Of a stretch of DNA of 64,000 nt, positions 41,508 to 50,881 are shown one piece after another. The stretch spans positions 6,664 to 70,663 of the forward strand of contig JANYBN010000099.1 of NCBI GenBank assembly GCA_025360785.1, read 5' to 3'. Position 1 is the stretch's first letter, and each line of letters opens with the position of its first letter. Source of the stretch: Geobacter sp. GTDB lineage: Bacteria; Desulfobacterota; Desulfuromonadia; Geobacterales; Pseudopelobacteraceae. The notes beneath the pieces were generated by a model that made no database searches, was not told the origin of the DNA, and saw only the letters and a program-made list of their open reading frames with translations. The position numbers and the translations under genes are program-made.

Positions 41508-42351
41508 CAGCAGGAGGTCCGGATTTATAGAACGCGTCAGCCGCTTAGTAACCGGCCGCAAAAGAACTACCGAGCAGGATATCAACGATTTTATCGAGGC
41601 ATCGGAAGAGGAAGGCCTGGTTAACGAAGAAGAGAGCGAGATGATCCGCTCGATTTTTTCTCTCGGTACGACAATTGTACGTGAAGTCATGGTAACCCGT
41701 ACCGAAATGGCTTGCGTCACTGTGGACGCCACCGTGCGCGAACTGCTCGACACGATCATTTCCTGCGGCCATTCCCGTATCCCGGTTTATGAAGATTCGA
41801 TCGACAATATCATCGGTCTGCTGTATGCTAAAGACCTCCTTAAACAGTGGGGCACAGATGAAAATCACCTCTCTGTCCGCGAAATCATGCGCCCCCCCTA
41901 CTTCATCCCCGAATCCAAAAACCTGGAGCAACTGCTACAGGAGTTCAGGCGCAAACGGATTCACCTGGCTATTGTCATTGACGAATATGGCGGCACGTCC
42001 GGCCTGATAACCATTGAAGACCTGCTGGAAGAGATTGTTGGGGATATTCAGGACGAACATGATAGCGAGGAGTCACTTCTTGCCGTTAATCCGGACGGCA
42101 GCATAACCGCCGACGGGCGTCTTCCTGTAGAAGAACTTGAAGAACATTTTGATATTCAGATAGAGCGCGACAACTTCGATTCCGTCGGCGGGCTGGTATT
42201 TCACCTGACCGGTAAAATACCGACCATCGGAGACATCATCGAAGGTGCCGGACTCTGTATGAAAATAGTTGACGCCGATCTGCGGCGGGTGAAAAAGGTC
42301 ATTATCAGTCTTATCAGCAGTACACCTGCAGAAGATCAGGGGCGTGAGTGA
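41488..42351 (+). CDS. corC: CBS-pair / CorC_HlyC domain magnesium-cobalt efflux-type protein
   Basis: A CBS pair (VREVMVTRTEM...) and a C-terminal transporter-associated domain. I prefer the GTG at 41488, which follows CAGGAGGG. The track ORF from 41398 overlaps rluB extensively. Confidence 0.75.
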   Translation: MAVEEGNSRRSGFIERVSRLVTGRKRTTEQDINDFIEASEEEGLVNEEESEMIRSIFSLGTTIVREVMVTRTEMACVTVDATVRELLDTIISCGHSRIPVYEDSIDNIIGLLYAKDLLKQWGTDENHLSVREIMRPPYFIPESKNLEQLLQEFRRKRIHLAIVIDEYGGTSGLITIEDLLEEIVGDIQDEHDSEESLLAVNPDGSITADGRLPVEELEEHFDIQIERDNFDSVGGLVFHLTGKIPTIGDIIEGAGLCMKIVDADLRRVKKVIISLISSTPAEDQGRE

Positions 42352-43937
42352 ACGGTCCGATCTCTTTCTCATTGTTAAAGGAGCTGTTTGACCGCCGCGG
42401 ATTGCTGGCAATCGCCAGCGGGATTCTGATCGCCCTCTCCTTCCCTAATCCAGGCCTTTCCTTCCTGGCCTGGGTTGCCCTGATTCCGTTACTTATCGCC
42501 ATGGAAGATAGTTCACCACTAACAGCCTTCCGCATCGGCCTGACCAGCGGCATTACCGCATACGCATTCATCCTGTACTGGCTCAACATCGTTTTTGTTC
42601 GCTATGGGCACCTCCCCTGGTCGGTCAGCATCCCTGTCTATCTGTTGCTGGTTCTCTGGCTGGCAATGTTCTACGGTCTCAGCACCTGGATTGCCAGATT
42701 GGGTGAACTGGTCGGCATAAAAACCGCTATTACCCTGCCGGTCGCCTGGGTCGCCTTTGATTTCATCCGTTCGTTCCTGTTTTCAGGTTTTGCCTGGGCC
42801 ATGCTGGGACACTCCCAGTTCCGCACATTGCCGTTGATCCAGATTGCCGATCTGGCAGGTGTCTACGGCATCACCCTGCTGATCGTTCTGGCTAATATTG
42901 TCCTGCACCGAGCTTTGCGTGCGGTATCCGGCGCCGGTGTCCCCTATCCGGTGAAAAGTCTGGTCGTACTCCTGATTCTCCTCGTCGCCACTCTCTTTTA
43001 CGGCTTCAGTCGTTTGAACATACCGGAATCAACGCAGGCAAAACCTCTGCGCGTGGCCCTGATCCAGGGCAATATCTCTCAGGACGTCAAGTGGAGCCCG
43101 GCATTTCGCGAGCGGACGGTGGACACTTATGAACGCCTCACCAGAGAAGCATCCAAGGGTGGAGTCGATCTGATTGTCTGGCCTGAAAGCGCCGTGCCGT
43201 TCTTTTTTCAGGATGATCCGATCCAGGGGGATCGGATCAGGAGTCTGGCACGAGAGATGAACGCCTGCCTGCTGTTCGGAAGTCCGGCCCATGAGCTTCG
43301 CAATGGTAAAAGCACCTTTCTGAACAGCGCCTTTATGATATCACCAAGCGGCGAGACGCTTGGGCGCGCCGACAAGCTGCACCTGGTGCCGCTTGGCGAA
43401 TATATACCGTTGGGAAAGTTCCTGACCTTCATTAACAAGCTTGTTGTCGGCATCGGCGATTTTTCCCCAGGCGAGCGTGCAACCCCCCTGGACACCGGCA
43501 ACACGAAACTCGGCATTCAGGTCTGTTATGAAGTTATTTTTCCGGAACTGGCCCGGCAATACGTCCAGGCCGGTGCCCGAGTTCTGGTGGCCATCACCAA
43601 CGACGCCTGGTTTGGCCGGTCATCGGCGCCTTATCAGCACTTGGCGATATCGACTTTCCGTGCAATAGAAACCCGCACTCCGCTGATCCGCGCCGCGAAC
43701 ACCGGAGTAACTGCAATTGTCGACCAGAACGGCCATATCCGCACCATGACCAACCTGTTTGTCGAAGCGTATCGCACCGGTGAAGTCCAGCCGGGTAGCG
43801 GTAAATCGCTCTACCTCACAATCGGAGACGCCCCGGCATGGTTCTGTGTGCTGTTTACCGCCTGCGTGGCCCTGTATGCGTGGATTAACCGGAAACGTAT
43901 TGCAACTCAACCCGATACGTCAGAGCCAAACCCATAA
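42348..43937 (+). CDS. lnt: apolipoprotein N-acyltransferase
   Basis: 529 aa. N-terminal polytopic region plus a CN-hydrolase domain (VALIQGN..., WPESA, QVCYEVIFPE). Confidence 0.9.
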   Translation: MNGPISFSLLKELFDRRGLLAIASGILIALSFPNPGLSFLAWVALIPLLIAMEDSSPLTAFRIGLTSGITAYAFILYWLNIVFVRYGHLPWSVSIPVYLLLVLWLAMFYGLSTWIARLGELVGIKTAITLPVAWVAFDFIRSFLFSGFAWAMLGHSQFRTLPLIQIADLAGVYGITLLIVLANIVLHRALRAVSGAGVPYPVKSLVVLLILLVATLFYGFSRLNIPESTQAKPLRVALIQGNISQDVKWSPAFRERTVDTYERLTREASKGGVDLIVWPESAVPFFFQDDPIQGDRIRSLAREMNACLLFGSPAHELRNGKSTFLNSAFMISPSGETLGRADKLHLVPLGEYIPLGKFLTFINKLVVGIGDFSPGERATPLDTGNTKLGIQVCYEVIFPELARQYVQAGARVLVAITNDAWFGRSSAPYQHLAISTFRAIETRTPLIRAANTGVTAIVDQNGHIRTMTNLFVEAYRTGEVQPGSGKSLYLTIGDAPAWFCVLFTACVALYAWINRKRIATQPDTSEPNP

Positions 43938-43945
43938 GCTTTTTA

Positions 43946-44022
43946 CCTCATGATTACCTCATGATTTTGAAGACTTTGACTCTGTAATCATGAAGTAATC
44001 TTGAAGCTCAAAATGATTTTGA
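43946..44022. repeat. REP-like palindromic intergenic element, copy A
   Basis: Tandem CCTCATGATTA x2. Inverted repeat GATTACCTCATGATT / AATCATGAAGTAATC (14 of 15). Perfect palindrome TCAAAATgATTTTGA follows. Shares CCTCATGATTAC and ATGAAGTAATC..GAAGC with copy B at 59791. Confidence 0.6.
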
Positions 44023-44067
44023 ATTTCACAATAACGTCCCATACAGAACTTGACCAAGGAGCCGACC

Positions 44068-45187
44068 ATGTACCGTGAAGAAATAGCAAAAATGAAGGAT
44101 TGTGAAGAGCGGATCGCCAAGCTTCGGGGGGCGCTTTGACGTAGATGCCAAACGTGAATCGATCATGGAGATCGAATCAATTATGGCCGTGCCCGGATTT
44201 TGGGACGACACCAAGAAATCACAGGAAATCATCAAGAAACGTACGACGCTGGAAAAGATTGTTCAGATGTGGGATGGCCTTATGCGCCAGACGGAAGATG
44301 TCCGCGTCATGATTGAGCTGGGAGAAGAGGCTCAGGACACAGATACTCTGGCAGAGGTTGCTGAAATGACCGACAGACTGATCAAGGAGGTCGAGACAGC
44401 CGAGTTCCAGCGCATGCTCTCCGGCCCTCATGACCGCAATTCCTGCTTTATCACCATAAATCCGGGCGCCGGCGGCACCGAGTCCCAGGACTGGGCGGAG
44501 ATGATCCTGCGCATGTATCTGCGCTACTGCGAGAAGAAGGGGTGGAAGACTGTCATTACCGAATATCAGGCGGGAGAAGAAGCCGGGCTGAAATCGGCGA
44601 CCTTCAACGTCTGCGGCGAATACGCTTACGGTTACCTCAGGGCGGAAGCCGGTATTCACCGCCTGGTACGCATATCACCTTTTGACAGCAATGCCCGTCG
44701 TCACACTTCATTTGCCTCGATGTATGCCTTCCCGGAGATCGAAGAGGACGATATCGAAATCAAAATCAGCGACTCAGATCTGAAGGTGGACACCTTCCGC
44801 TCCGGCGGCGCCGGCGGTCAGCACGTCAATACCACCGACTCAGCCGTCCGCATTACCCATATTCCCTCCGGCATCATCGTCGCCTGCCAGGCAGAGCGGA
44901 GCCAGATATCAAACCGCGCCACCGCCATGAAAGTTCTGCGCGCCAAGCTGTACGAACGCGAGGTGGAAGAGCGCAAAGACAAGGCCTCTGAAATCGCCGC
45001 CGAAAAGAAGGAGATCGGCTGGGGAAGTCAGATCCGTTCCTATGTGCTGCACCCTTATAAAATGGTCAAGGATCTGCGTACCGGGGTCGAATCAGGCAAC
45101 CCGGATGCTGTTCTGGATGGCAATCTGGAGGATTTTGTAGTGGCGTATCTTATGGGAGTCAGACGCAACGTCGGGGATGTAGAATAG
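44068..45187 (+). CDS. prfB: peptide chain release factor 2, requiring programmed +1 frameshift at CTT TGA C (44134-44140)
   Basis: Frame 0 reads MYREEIAKMKDCEERIAKLRGAL then TGA at 44137. The +1 frame continues DVDAKRESIMEIE...SPF...GGQHVN (GGQ motif). An internal SD-like GGGGGG lies just upstream of CTTTGAC, as in the E. coli paradigm. Confidence 0.92.
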
Positions 45188-45216
45188 AAAATACCGGCTG
45201 AGAACTTATGAGTACA

Positions 45217-45260
45217 AATAACAATGCCCCACTCCAGACAGGAAAGGGGCATTGTTATTT
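45217..45260. terminator. bidirectional terminator hairpin between prfB and the BI-1-family gene
   Basis: AAATAACAATGCCCC-15 nt-GGGGCATTGTTATTT, with A/T runs on both sides. Confidence 0.75.
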
Positions 45261-45269
45261 GTGATCATA

Positions 45270-45965
45270 TTATCGTCGGTTGCCGGTGAACCTGAGCAGC
45301 ATAATAAAAAGGTTAATGAAGTCGAGATACAGGGTCAGTGCGCCGAGAATAGCTGGTTTTCTACCCACTGTACCTTGAGCTGCCATTTCCTTGATTTTCG
45401 AGGTATCGTAAGCGGTCAACCCGGTGAAGACAATTACCCCGATGCCGGAAATGACCCAGGAAACCGCGCTGCTTGCAACAAATATGTTTACGACCGAAGC
45501 GATCACCACCCCGATCAGCCCCATGAACAGGAAACTGCCCCATGAGGTCAGATCACGCTTGGTCATGTACCCATAGATGCTCATGGCGCCGAACATGCCG
45601 GCAGTGACAACGAAGGTCGAAGCGATAGAGTTGGCGGTATAAACCAGAGCCACAATGGAAAGAGTGACACCATTAAGTGCCGAGTATGCGACAAACAGCA
45701 GCGTTGCCGTAGTCGCACTCAACCGGTTGATGGCGCCGGAAAGTGTGAACACCAGGGCAAGTTCACCGATCATAAGGCCGTAGAACAGCAGGCGGTTCCC
45801 GGCAATTGCGGAAAGAATCGCAGGTGAGGAGAGAGTGATCAACGCCATAAAGGATGTAATAGCCAGCCCAGCTCCCATCCAGGCGTATACCTGACGAATG
45901 AGGCTATTCTGTCTCACTATTACATTGCCTGCAGTACGGGTGTAGCTGGAATTCAATTCATTCAT
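45270..45965 (-). CDS. BAX-inhibitor-1/YccA-family membrane protein
   Basis: 231 aa, 7 TM segments. The VYAWMGAGLAIT...YDTSKIKEM pattern is typical of the family. Confidence 0.8.
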   Translation of the reverse strand: MNELNSSYTRTAGNVIVRQNSLIRQVYAWMGAGLAITSFMALITLSSPAILSAIAGNRLLFYGLMIGELALVFTLSGAINRLSATTATLLFVAYSALNGVTLSIVALVYTANSIASTFVVTAGMFGAMSIYGYMTKRDLTSWGSFLFMGLIGVVIASVVNIFVASSAVSWVISGIGVIVFTGLTAYDTSKIKEMAAQGTVGRKPAILGALTLYLDFINLFIMLLRFTGNRR

Positions 45966-45986
45966 TATGATACTCCTTGATTTATT

Positions 45987-46277
45987 TTATTCGATCCGTG
46001 TCATTTTATGAACGGCTTTTTCTTCAATCATACCATCAATTGCGGTGACGTACGACTTGAAATGGTCTGAATTCATGTGCTTTCCCAGACAGGCCTCACT
46101 CTTCCAGTTTTCGTAGAAGATAAATACGACAGGATCATCATTGTCCTGGTGCAGGCGGTACTCGATGCACCCCTCCTCGTTTCTGGTCGGCGCGACCAGC
46201 TTCAGCAATTCACTCTTGACGCTGTCCACGAATCCTTTTTTAGCTACAACCTTCGCTACAACGGTTAATACAGACAT
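45987..46277 (-). CDS. ABM-domain (antibiotic biosynthesis monooxygenase/YgiN-like) protein
   Basis: 96 aa. The pattern VVAKVVAKKG....EEGCIEYRLHQD...F.FYENW.S...L..H..S.HF is present. Confidence 0.7.
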   Translation of the reverse strand: MSVLTVVAKVVAKKGFVDSVKSELLKLVAPTRNEEGCIEYRLHQDNDDPVVFIFYENWKSEACLGKHMNSDHFKSYVTAIDGMIEEKAVHKMTRIE

Positions 46278-46353
46278 GATTATCCTTTCGTTTTACCGAC
46301 TAAAAATACATTACCAAGGAGCGGCTTGATCTTTAACCATCTCCAGCAGCTGG

Positions 46354-46818
46354 TTAATCGGGACGTTTGCCGCGTATAAATTGAGTTAAAATGCGATCAA
46401 GTGACGAAGCGAAGCGCTGCCTGTCGATCAGGTTGAATTGTGACGGACCTCCCTGAACAAGCCCCCCTCCGCGCAGTTCCATCATCAGATCTCTCATCGA
46501 AAGCCGCTCTCCTACATTTTCCTCGGTATAAAGTTCACCTCTCGGATCCAGGGCAACACCACCGTTGGCGACGACCCGCGCCGCCAACGGAATGTCGGCG
46601 GTTATAACCAGGTCTGCCGCGGCGGCATGTTCGGCAATATAATCGTCGGCAACATCAAAGCCATCCGCAACGACAATCGATTCAACCAGTCGACTGTTAT
46701 GCTTTGACAGGCTCTTGTTTGCCACGAGCAGAACCGGCAGATCAAGTCGTTCCGAGGCACGAAATACTATTTCCTTTATCACCCGAGGGCAGGCATCGGC
46801 ATCGATCCAGATTTTCAT
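46354..46818 (-). CDS. yaiI: YaiI/YqxD (UPF0178, DUF188) family protein
   Basis: Starts at [16 protein letters not shown] (ATG at 46818). The 23-aa track extension is unlikely to be real. Confidence 0.75.
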   Translation of the reverse strand: MKIWIDADACPRVIKEIVFRASERLDLPVLLVANKSLSKHNSRLVESIVVADGFDVADDYIAEHAAAADLVITADIPLAARVVANGGVALDPRGELYTEENVGERLSMRDLMMELRGGGLVQGGPSQFNLIDRQRFASSLDRILTQFIRGKRPD

Positions 46819-47026
46819 AACGATTGCTCCAAGTACGCACCGTGCTAATATAATACCGGTAACATTGCAGCATCTCACTGAAAACAAACCATATATTTTT
46901 CAGTCCGACACCGACGGATCATTGACCATCGGAAAAAGAGGCGGCTGGTTTTTGGTTTTATTTTTCCAGCCATTGGTGTATATTTTCTGCGCTCAGACTT
47001 TCACCAATCTAAAAAGGAATCATTAT

Positions 47027-47377
47027 ATGAAACAAGGACTGTGCAGTAAATTTTTGTTTATTATCGCAATTATGGTTTTTACTTTTGGTTGCAGCGGTGG
47101 AACAAAAGAACGAATCACAGGCAAATGGCAACCCGCAGGTCAATGTGAATATATTGAGTATTTCAAAGATGGCTCAGTAGTAGTCTTCTCTAATGGGGAA
47201 TCCGAAAAAGGTAAATGGTCTGTACTTGATGATGGCAGAATAAAGTTTGAAGCCTCAGACAATGGCAAGCCGGTAGTTTATACATATAAGGTGGCATTCA
47301 ACGAAAAAGACGAAATGACAACTACCGGAGAAGGCAACCAAACTACCAAGTTCACAAGAGTTAAAACGTCAAAGTAA
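47027..47377 (+). CDS. small lipoprotein, unknown function
   Basis: Start at 47027 (AAAGGAA RBS) with lipobox FTFGC|SGG. AT-rich. Confidence 0.55.
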   Translation: MKQGLCSKFLFIIAIMVFTFGCSGGTKERITGKWQPAGQCEYIEYFKDGSVVVFSNGESEKGKWSVLDDGRIKFEASDNGKPVVYTYKVAFNEKDEMTTTGEGNQTTKFTRVKTSK

Positions 47378-47403
47378 CGCCACGATTCCTGTTTTTTACG
47401 AAT

Positions 47404-48159
47404 TCACGGAGTTGCCTGCAACTTCGGCAACCCTAACTCGGAAGCAGCCTTCAACTCACGAATAATATCAACCTGCCGATGATAGAGATATTTTGAAATT
47501 ACCCTGTCGCTTATACTGTCATCGGCAGTAATTGAAAATTTGAACCGCCTGGGCTTCGTCTCATCCAATACGCTTATGAGTTTTGCCGGCAGTTTGATAT
47601 TGTAGGTCGTATTTTGTTCAATATCAGGCACCATAACTGACAGATTGGCTTCCTCCCCGATTACCTCATTAAATGGCAGTTCAACAGTCATTACCGCGCC
47701 AGCCATTGACAATTCGATCAGTTTACCTCTTACAATTCCTGTTGATGAATTAAATACGGCTTTGATTGGAGGGTCTAGTTTCAGACGGATATGTTTTCTA
47801 TTTTCTGCAACTATCTCAACATAACACATCTGCCTTAACAATATTGCCTGTCGCCTGATGTTAACATACTGAGCCTTGGCAATTATATCAAACTTGAATA
47901 AATTACTTCTTATAAAGGTGTAGTGTTCAGCAGAAATAGCAACTGCTTGTTGGGGATGGACATCCAGATCCAGAGAATGCTTATCAACTCCCGCGATTTT
48001 TGCCTTAAATGAGACGGGCATACCTTTGTAGTAGTTTAACAGCTGAACCTCAAGCTCAGGATTTTTGGCAAACTCTACCCTTATTACAGATAATATATCT
48101 GCCTGATCTTCATCAAATGTCTTTTGAATGCGAGTGCTGTAGAGGTAAGTGTAATCCAT
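47404..48159 (-). CDS. PilZ-domain (c-di-GMP-binding, YcgR-like) protein
   Basis: 251 aa. ENRKHIRLKL (RxxxR-like) followed by GKLIELSMAGAVM (D/NxSxxG-like). AT-rich gene. Confidence 0.5.
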   Translation of the reverse strand: MDYTYLYSTRIQKTFDEDQADILSVIRVEFAKNPELEVQLLNYYKGMPVSFKAKIAGVDKHSLDLDVHPQQAVAISAEHYTFIRSNLFKFDIIAKAQYVNIRRQAILLRQMCYVEIVAENRKHIRLKLDPPIKAVFNSSTGIVRGKLIELSMAGAVMTVELPFNEVIGEEANLSVMVPDIEQNTTYNIKLPAKLISVLDETKPRRFKFSITADDSISDRVISKYLYHRQVDIIRELKAASELGLPKLQATP

Positions 48160-48261
48160 ATCAGGAGCCTGTTAGGAAGTTGTTCTGATAAATTATTTAA
48201 ACCTTCATCGTAGTCATACAGTTTATACTGCCTTACCAACTAACACATAATTATCACATGA

Positions 48262-48297
48262 ACAAATAAAAAGGACCACCGTCACTGACGGTGGCCC
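48262..48297 (-). terminator. rho-independent terminator downstream of tRNA-Thr
   Basis: On the minus strand: GGGCCACCGTC-agt-GACGGTGGTCC followed by TTTTTATTTGTT. Confidence 0.75.
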
Positions 48298-48308
48298 TTT
48301 GTTATTGC

Positions 48309-48383
48309 TGGAGCCGTTGGTCGGAATCGAACCGACGACCTGCTCATTACGAGTGAGCTGCTCTACCCCTGAGCCACAACGGC
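48309..48383 (-). tRNA. tRNA-Thr (anticodon CGU)
   Basis: The reverse complement folds as a cloverleaf: GCCGTTG-TG-GCTC-AGGGGTA-GAGC-A-GCTCA-CTCGTAA-TGAGC-AGGTC-GTCGG-TTCGATT-CCGAC-CAACGGC-T-CCA. Confidence 0.9.
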
Positions 48384-48395
48384 ACAACTACAAAT

Positions 48396-48434
48396 CCTTT
48401 GATTACGTTGCTCTACCAACTGAGCTAAAAGGCA
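48396..48434 (-). other. tRNA 5'-half-like fragment (acceptor 5' strand + consensus D-arm) immediately upstream of tRNA-Thr
   Basis: The minus strand reads TGCCTTT-TA-GCTC-AGTTGGTA-GAGC-A-ACGTAATC-AAAGG. I could not build an anticodon arm or a T-arm. Confidence 0.45.
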
Positions 48435-48598
48435 ATGCTGCCAGCCGGCATTTAAACGCCTTCGGAAACTATGAAATTACCTCATAAGTGTGTCTGATGT
48501 CAATGCCATAAGGCTCTTGGTGGGCAAATTTCTGCTTTACCACTGCTCCAATTACGGATAGTATCGTCAACTAAATTGCATTCCCACTTTCTTCACAA

Positions 48599-49444
48599 AT
48601 GGCGCTCCCGATGTTTTATCGAACACAACTGATACTTCTGTTTCTCTGCATCAGCGTTCTGACAGCTCATGCAGCAAAAACGACCGGCATAAGCCGACTT
48701 GGGCATGCCATCCAGATGGGTGCGTTTTCCGATGTAAAGAACGCCGAGCGCTTTACGGCTAAACTTCAGTCCAAGGGTATTGAAGCGTTCTATTTCCGTA
48801 AGGACAACGGTGTGTATGCCGTGCGTTTCGGCGACTTCCCCAGCAAGGGAAAAGCCTTGGCAGCGGCCAAGCGACTGGTGGCGGATCGAATGATAGACAG
48901 TTATTATATCGCGCCCCCAAACGAAGTCGTCTTTAGCACCCCCAAAGGGCCGGGATGGCAAAAACCGCAACCGGGTGAAATAAAAACTCCCTCACCTTCA
49001 CTCCAACCGGTCGTACCGAACACCGCCGCTGTAAAGCCTGTTCCCAAGCCCGCAAAGGACAAGGACAATAAGGATATGGGGGCAATCGCCGCCCGCACAG
49101 CCGAACGCTTTGTCGGCATCCCTTATCGCTGGGGGGGTGACAACGTGGTGGACGGCATGGATTGCAGCGGTTTTGTACGGGCGGTCTACAATCTGTGCGG
49201 GCTCAGTATTCCGCGTTCCTCGCGCGATCAGTTCAAAGCGGGAGATCTGGTTACTAAAGACGATTTGAAGGATGGAGATCTGGTTTTTTTTGGATCTTCA
49301 GCGGATAATATCAATCACGTCGGCATTTATGTCGGAGGTGGCAAATTCGTTCACGCTCCGCGCCGGGGAGAAGAGATCCGTGTGACTGCGGTCAATGAAA
49401 ATTATTTCGAGAAGCGTTTTGTGGGAGCACGAAGGTATTTTTAG
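48599..49444 (+). CDS. SPOR-domain / NlpC-P60 peptidoglycan endopeptidase
   Basis: Signal peptide, SPOR-like segment (IQMGAFSDVKNAERFTAKLQ...YAVRFGDF), Pro-rich linker, and an NlpC/P60 core (YRWGG...DCSGFV...HVGIYVGGGKFVHAP). Confidence 0.8.
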   Translation: MALPMFYRTQLILLFLCISVLTAHAAKTTGISRLGHAIQMGAFSDVKNAERFTAKLQSKGIEAFYFRKDNGVYAVRFGDFPSKGKALAAAKRLVADRMIDSYYIAPPNEVVFSTPKGPGWQKPQPGEIKTPSPSLQPVVPNTAAVKPVPKPAKDKDNKDMGAIAARTAERFVGIPYRWGGDNVVDGMDCSGFVRAVYNLCGLSIPRSSRDQFKAGDLVTKDDLKDGDLVFFGSSADNINHVGIYVGGGKFVHAPRRGEEIRVTAVNENYFEKRFVGARRYF

Positions 49445-49480
49445 CAGCTGTCATAACTTAATAATTACGGAGAATAATGT

Positions 49481-50722
49481 ATGGCAACAATCAAACCGTT
49501 CCGGGCGCTGCGCCCACCCAGTAATCTGGTTGAAAAGGTTTCAGCCCTTCCCTACGATGTGATGAATGTCGAGGAGGCCTGCGCCATGGCGGCCGAAAAC
49601 CCCTATAGTTTTCTGCACATTTCACGCCCGGAGATCGATCTTCGGGCTGAAATTGATCCCCATGATGAGTCAGTTTATTTGCAGGGGAAACTTAATCTGG
49701 CCGAGTTCATCCGGCGCGGGACATTGACGCAGGACACACACGACTGTTTCTACGTCTATCGCCAGCGGATGGGCGCCATCATTCAGACAGGTCTCGTTGT
49801 CTGTGCCAGTGTTGACGACTATCAGTCCGGGGTTATCAAGAAGCACGAGCATACCCGGGCCGACAAGGAAGAAGACCGTGTTAAACATATCGACTATCTC
49901 GATGCCAACGATGAACCGGTCTTTTACCTCTCCCGTTCCTGTGCGGAGGTGGAAGAGATCATAGAAGGAGTTACCAGTGCCCAGCCGAAGTATGATTTTG
50001 TATCGGATGACGGCGTCGGTCACACCGCCTGGGTAATCGCCGACCAGACTCTGATCGACCGGCTGATCGTCCTGTTTGCCTCCATACCGAAACTGTATGT
50101 TGCCGACGGCCACCATCGGAGCGCAGCAGCAGGGCGGGTCCGTGAACTGCGGCGTGACAAGAACCCAAGCCATAACGGCAGCGAAGAGTACAATTCGTTC
50201 CTGACGGTCATATTCCCGGAAAATCAGCTCAACATCATGCCCTATAACCGGGCGGTCAAAGATCTGAACGGCCTCACTGTTGCTGAGTTTATCACCCATA
50301 TCGAGAGCAGTTTTGAAACAGTTCCCTCGGCGGTTCCTGTTATCCCGGCGGACCGCCATTACTTCGGCATGTATCTGGACGGCCGCTGGTATCAACTACA
50401 TGCCGGACCGGCGCTGATCAACGAGAAAGACACCGTAAGCAGACTGGATGTTTCAATCCTGCAGAATTCGCTCCTGGCTCCGTTGCTCGGCATCCACAAC
50501 CCTCGTACCGACCAGCGAATCCACTTTGTCGGCGGCATCCGCGGCAACGATGAACTGGTCAAACTGGTAGACTCCGGAGAATACGCCGTAGCATTTGCCC
50601 TACATCCGACCTCCATCCGCGAGTTGATTGAACTGGCAGATCAGGATCAGATCATGCCCCCAAAATCAACCTGGTTCGAACCTAAATTGCGTAGCGGGCT
50701 GTTCGTGCATTTATTGCACTAA
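49481..50722 (+). CDS. DUF1015-family protein
   Basis: 413 aa. MATIKPFRALRP...LPYDVM...HE.T...K..DR...ADGHHR pattern. Confidence 0.75.
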   Translation: MATIKPFRALRPPSNLVEKVSALPYDVMNVEEACAMAAENPYSFLHISRPEIDLRAEIDPHDESVYLQGKLNLAEFIRRGTLTQDTHDCFYVYRQRMGAIIQTGLVVCASVDDYQSGVIKKHEHTRADKEEDRVKHIDYLDANDEPVFYLSRSCAEVEEIIEGVTSAQPKYDFVSDDGVGHTAWVIADQTLIDRLIVLFASIPKLYVADGHHRSAAAGRVRELRRDKNPSHNGSEEYNSFLTVIFPENQLNIMPYNRAVKDLNGLTVAEFITHIESSFETVPSAVPVIPADRHYFGMYLDGRWYQLHAGPALINEKDTVSRLDVSILQNSLLAPLLGIHNPRTDQRIHFVGGIRGNDELVKLVDSGEYAVAFALHPTSIRELIELADQDQIMPPKSTWFEPKLRSGLFVHLLH

Positions 50723-50746
50723 CCTGCGGGCATACTGCAAATACGA

Positions 50747-50787
50747 AAATGCCTCCGTGGTTACAGAAACCCCGGAGGCATTTTTTA
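50747..50787 (+). terminator. rho-independent terminator after the DUF1015 gene
   Basis: AAAATGCCTCCG-14 nt-CGGAGGCATTTTTT. Confidence 0.75.
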
Positions 50788-50881
50788 GTTTTAGGTTCAA
50801 TGAATGGTTATTGTAAAATATTTTAGTCACCGTGAAGCGATTTTTGATTGTCAAACTGACCTGAAAAGATTTCAAGAGGCA

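Noticed and set aside
46715-47026. N-terminal extension of the lipoprotein ORF, antisense to yaiI.
   Set aside because: It overlaps the yaiI coding region on the opposite strand. A proper RBS and lipoprotein signal peptide begin at 47027.
48299-48487. 62-aa plus-strand ORF overlapping tRNA-Thr.
   Set aside because: It is the antisense translation of a tRNA gene and tRNA-like fragment, and is an artefact.
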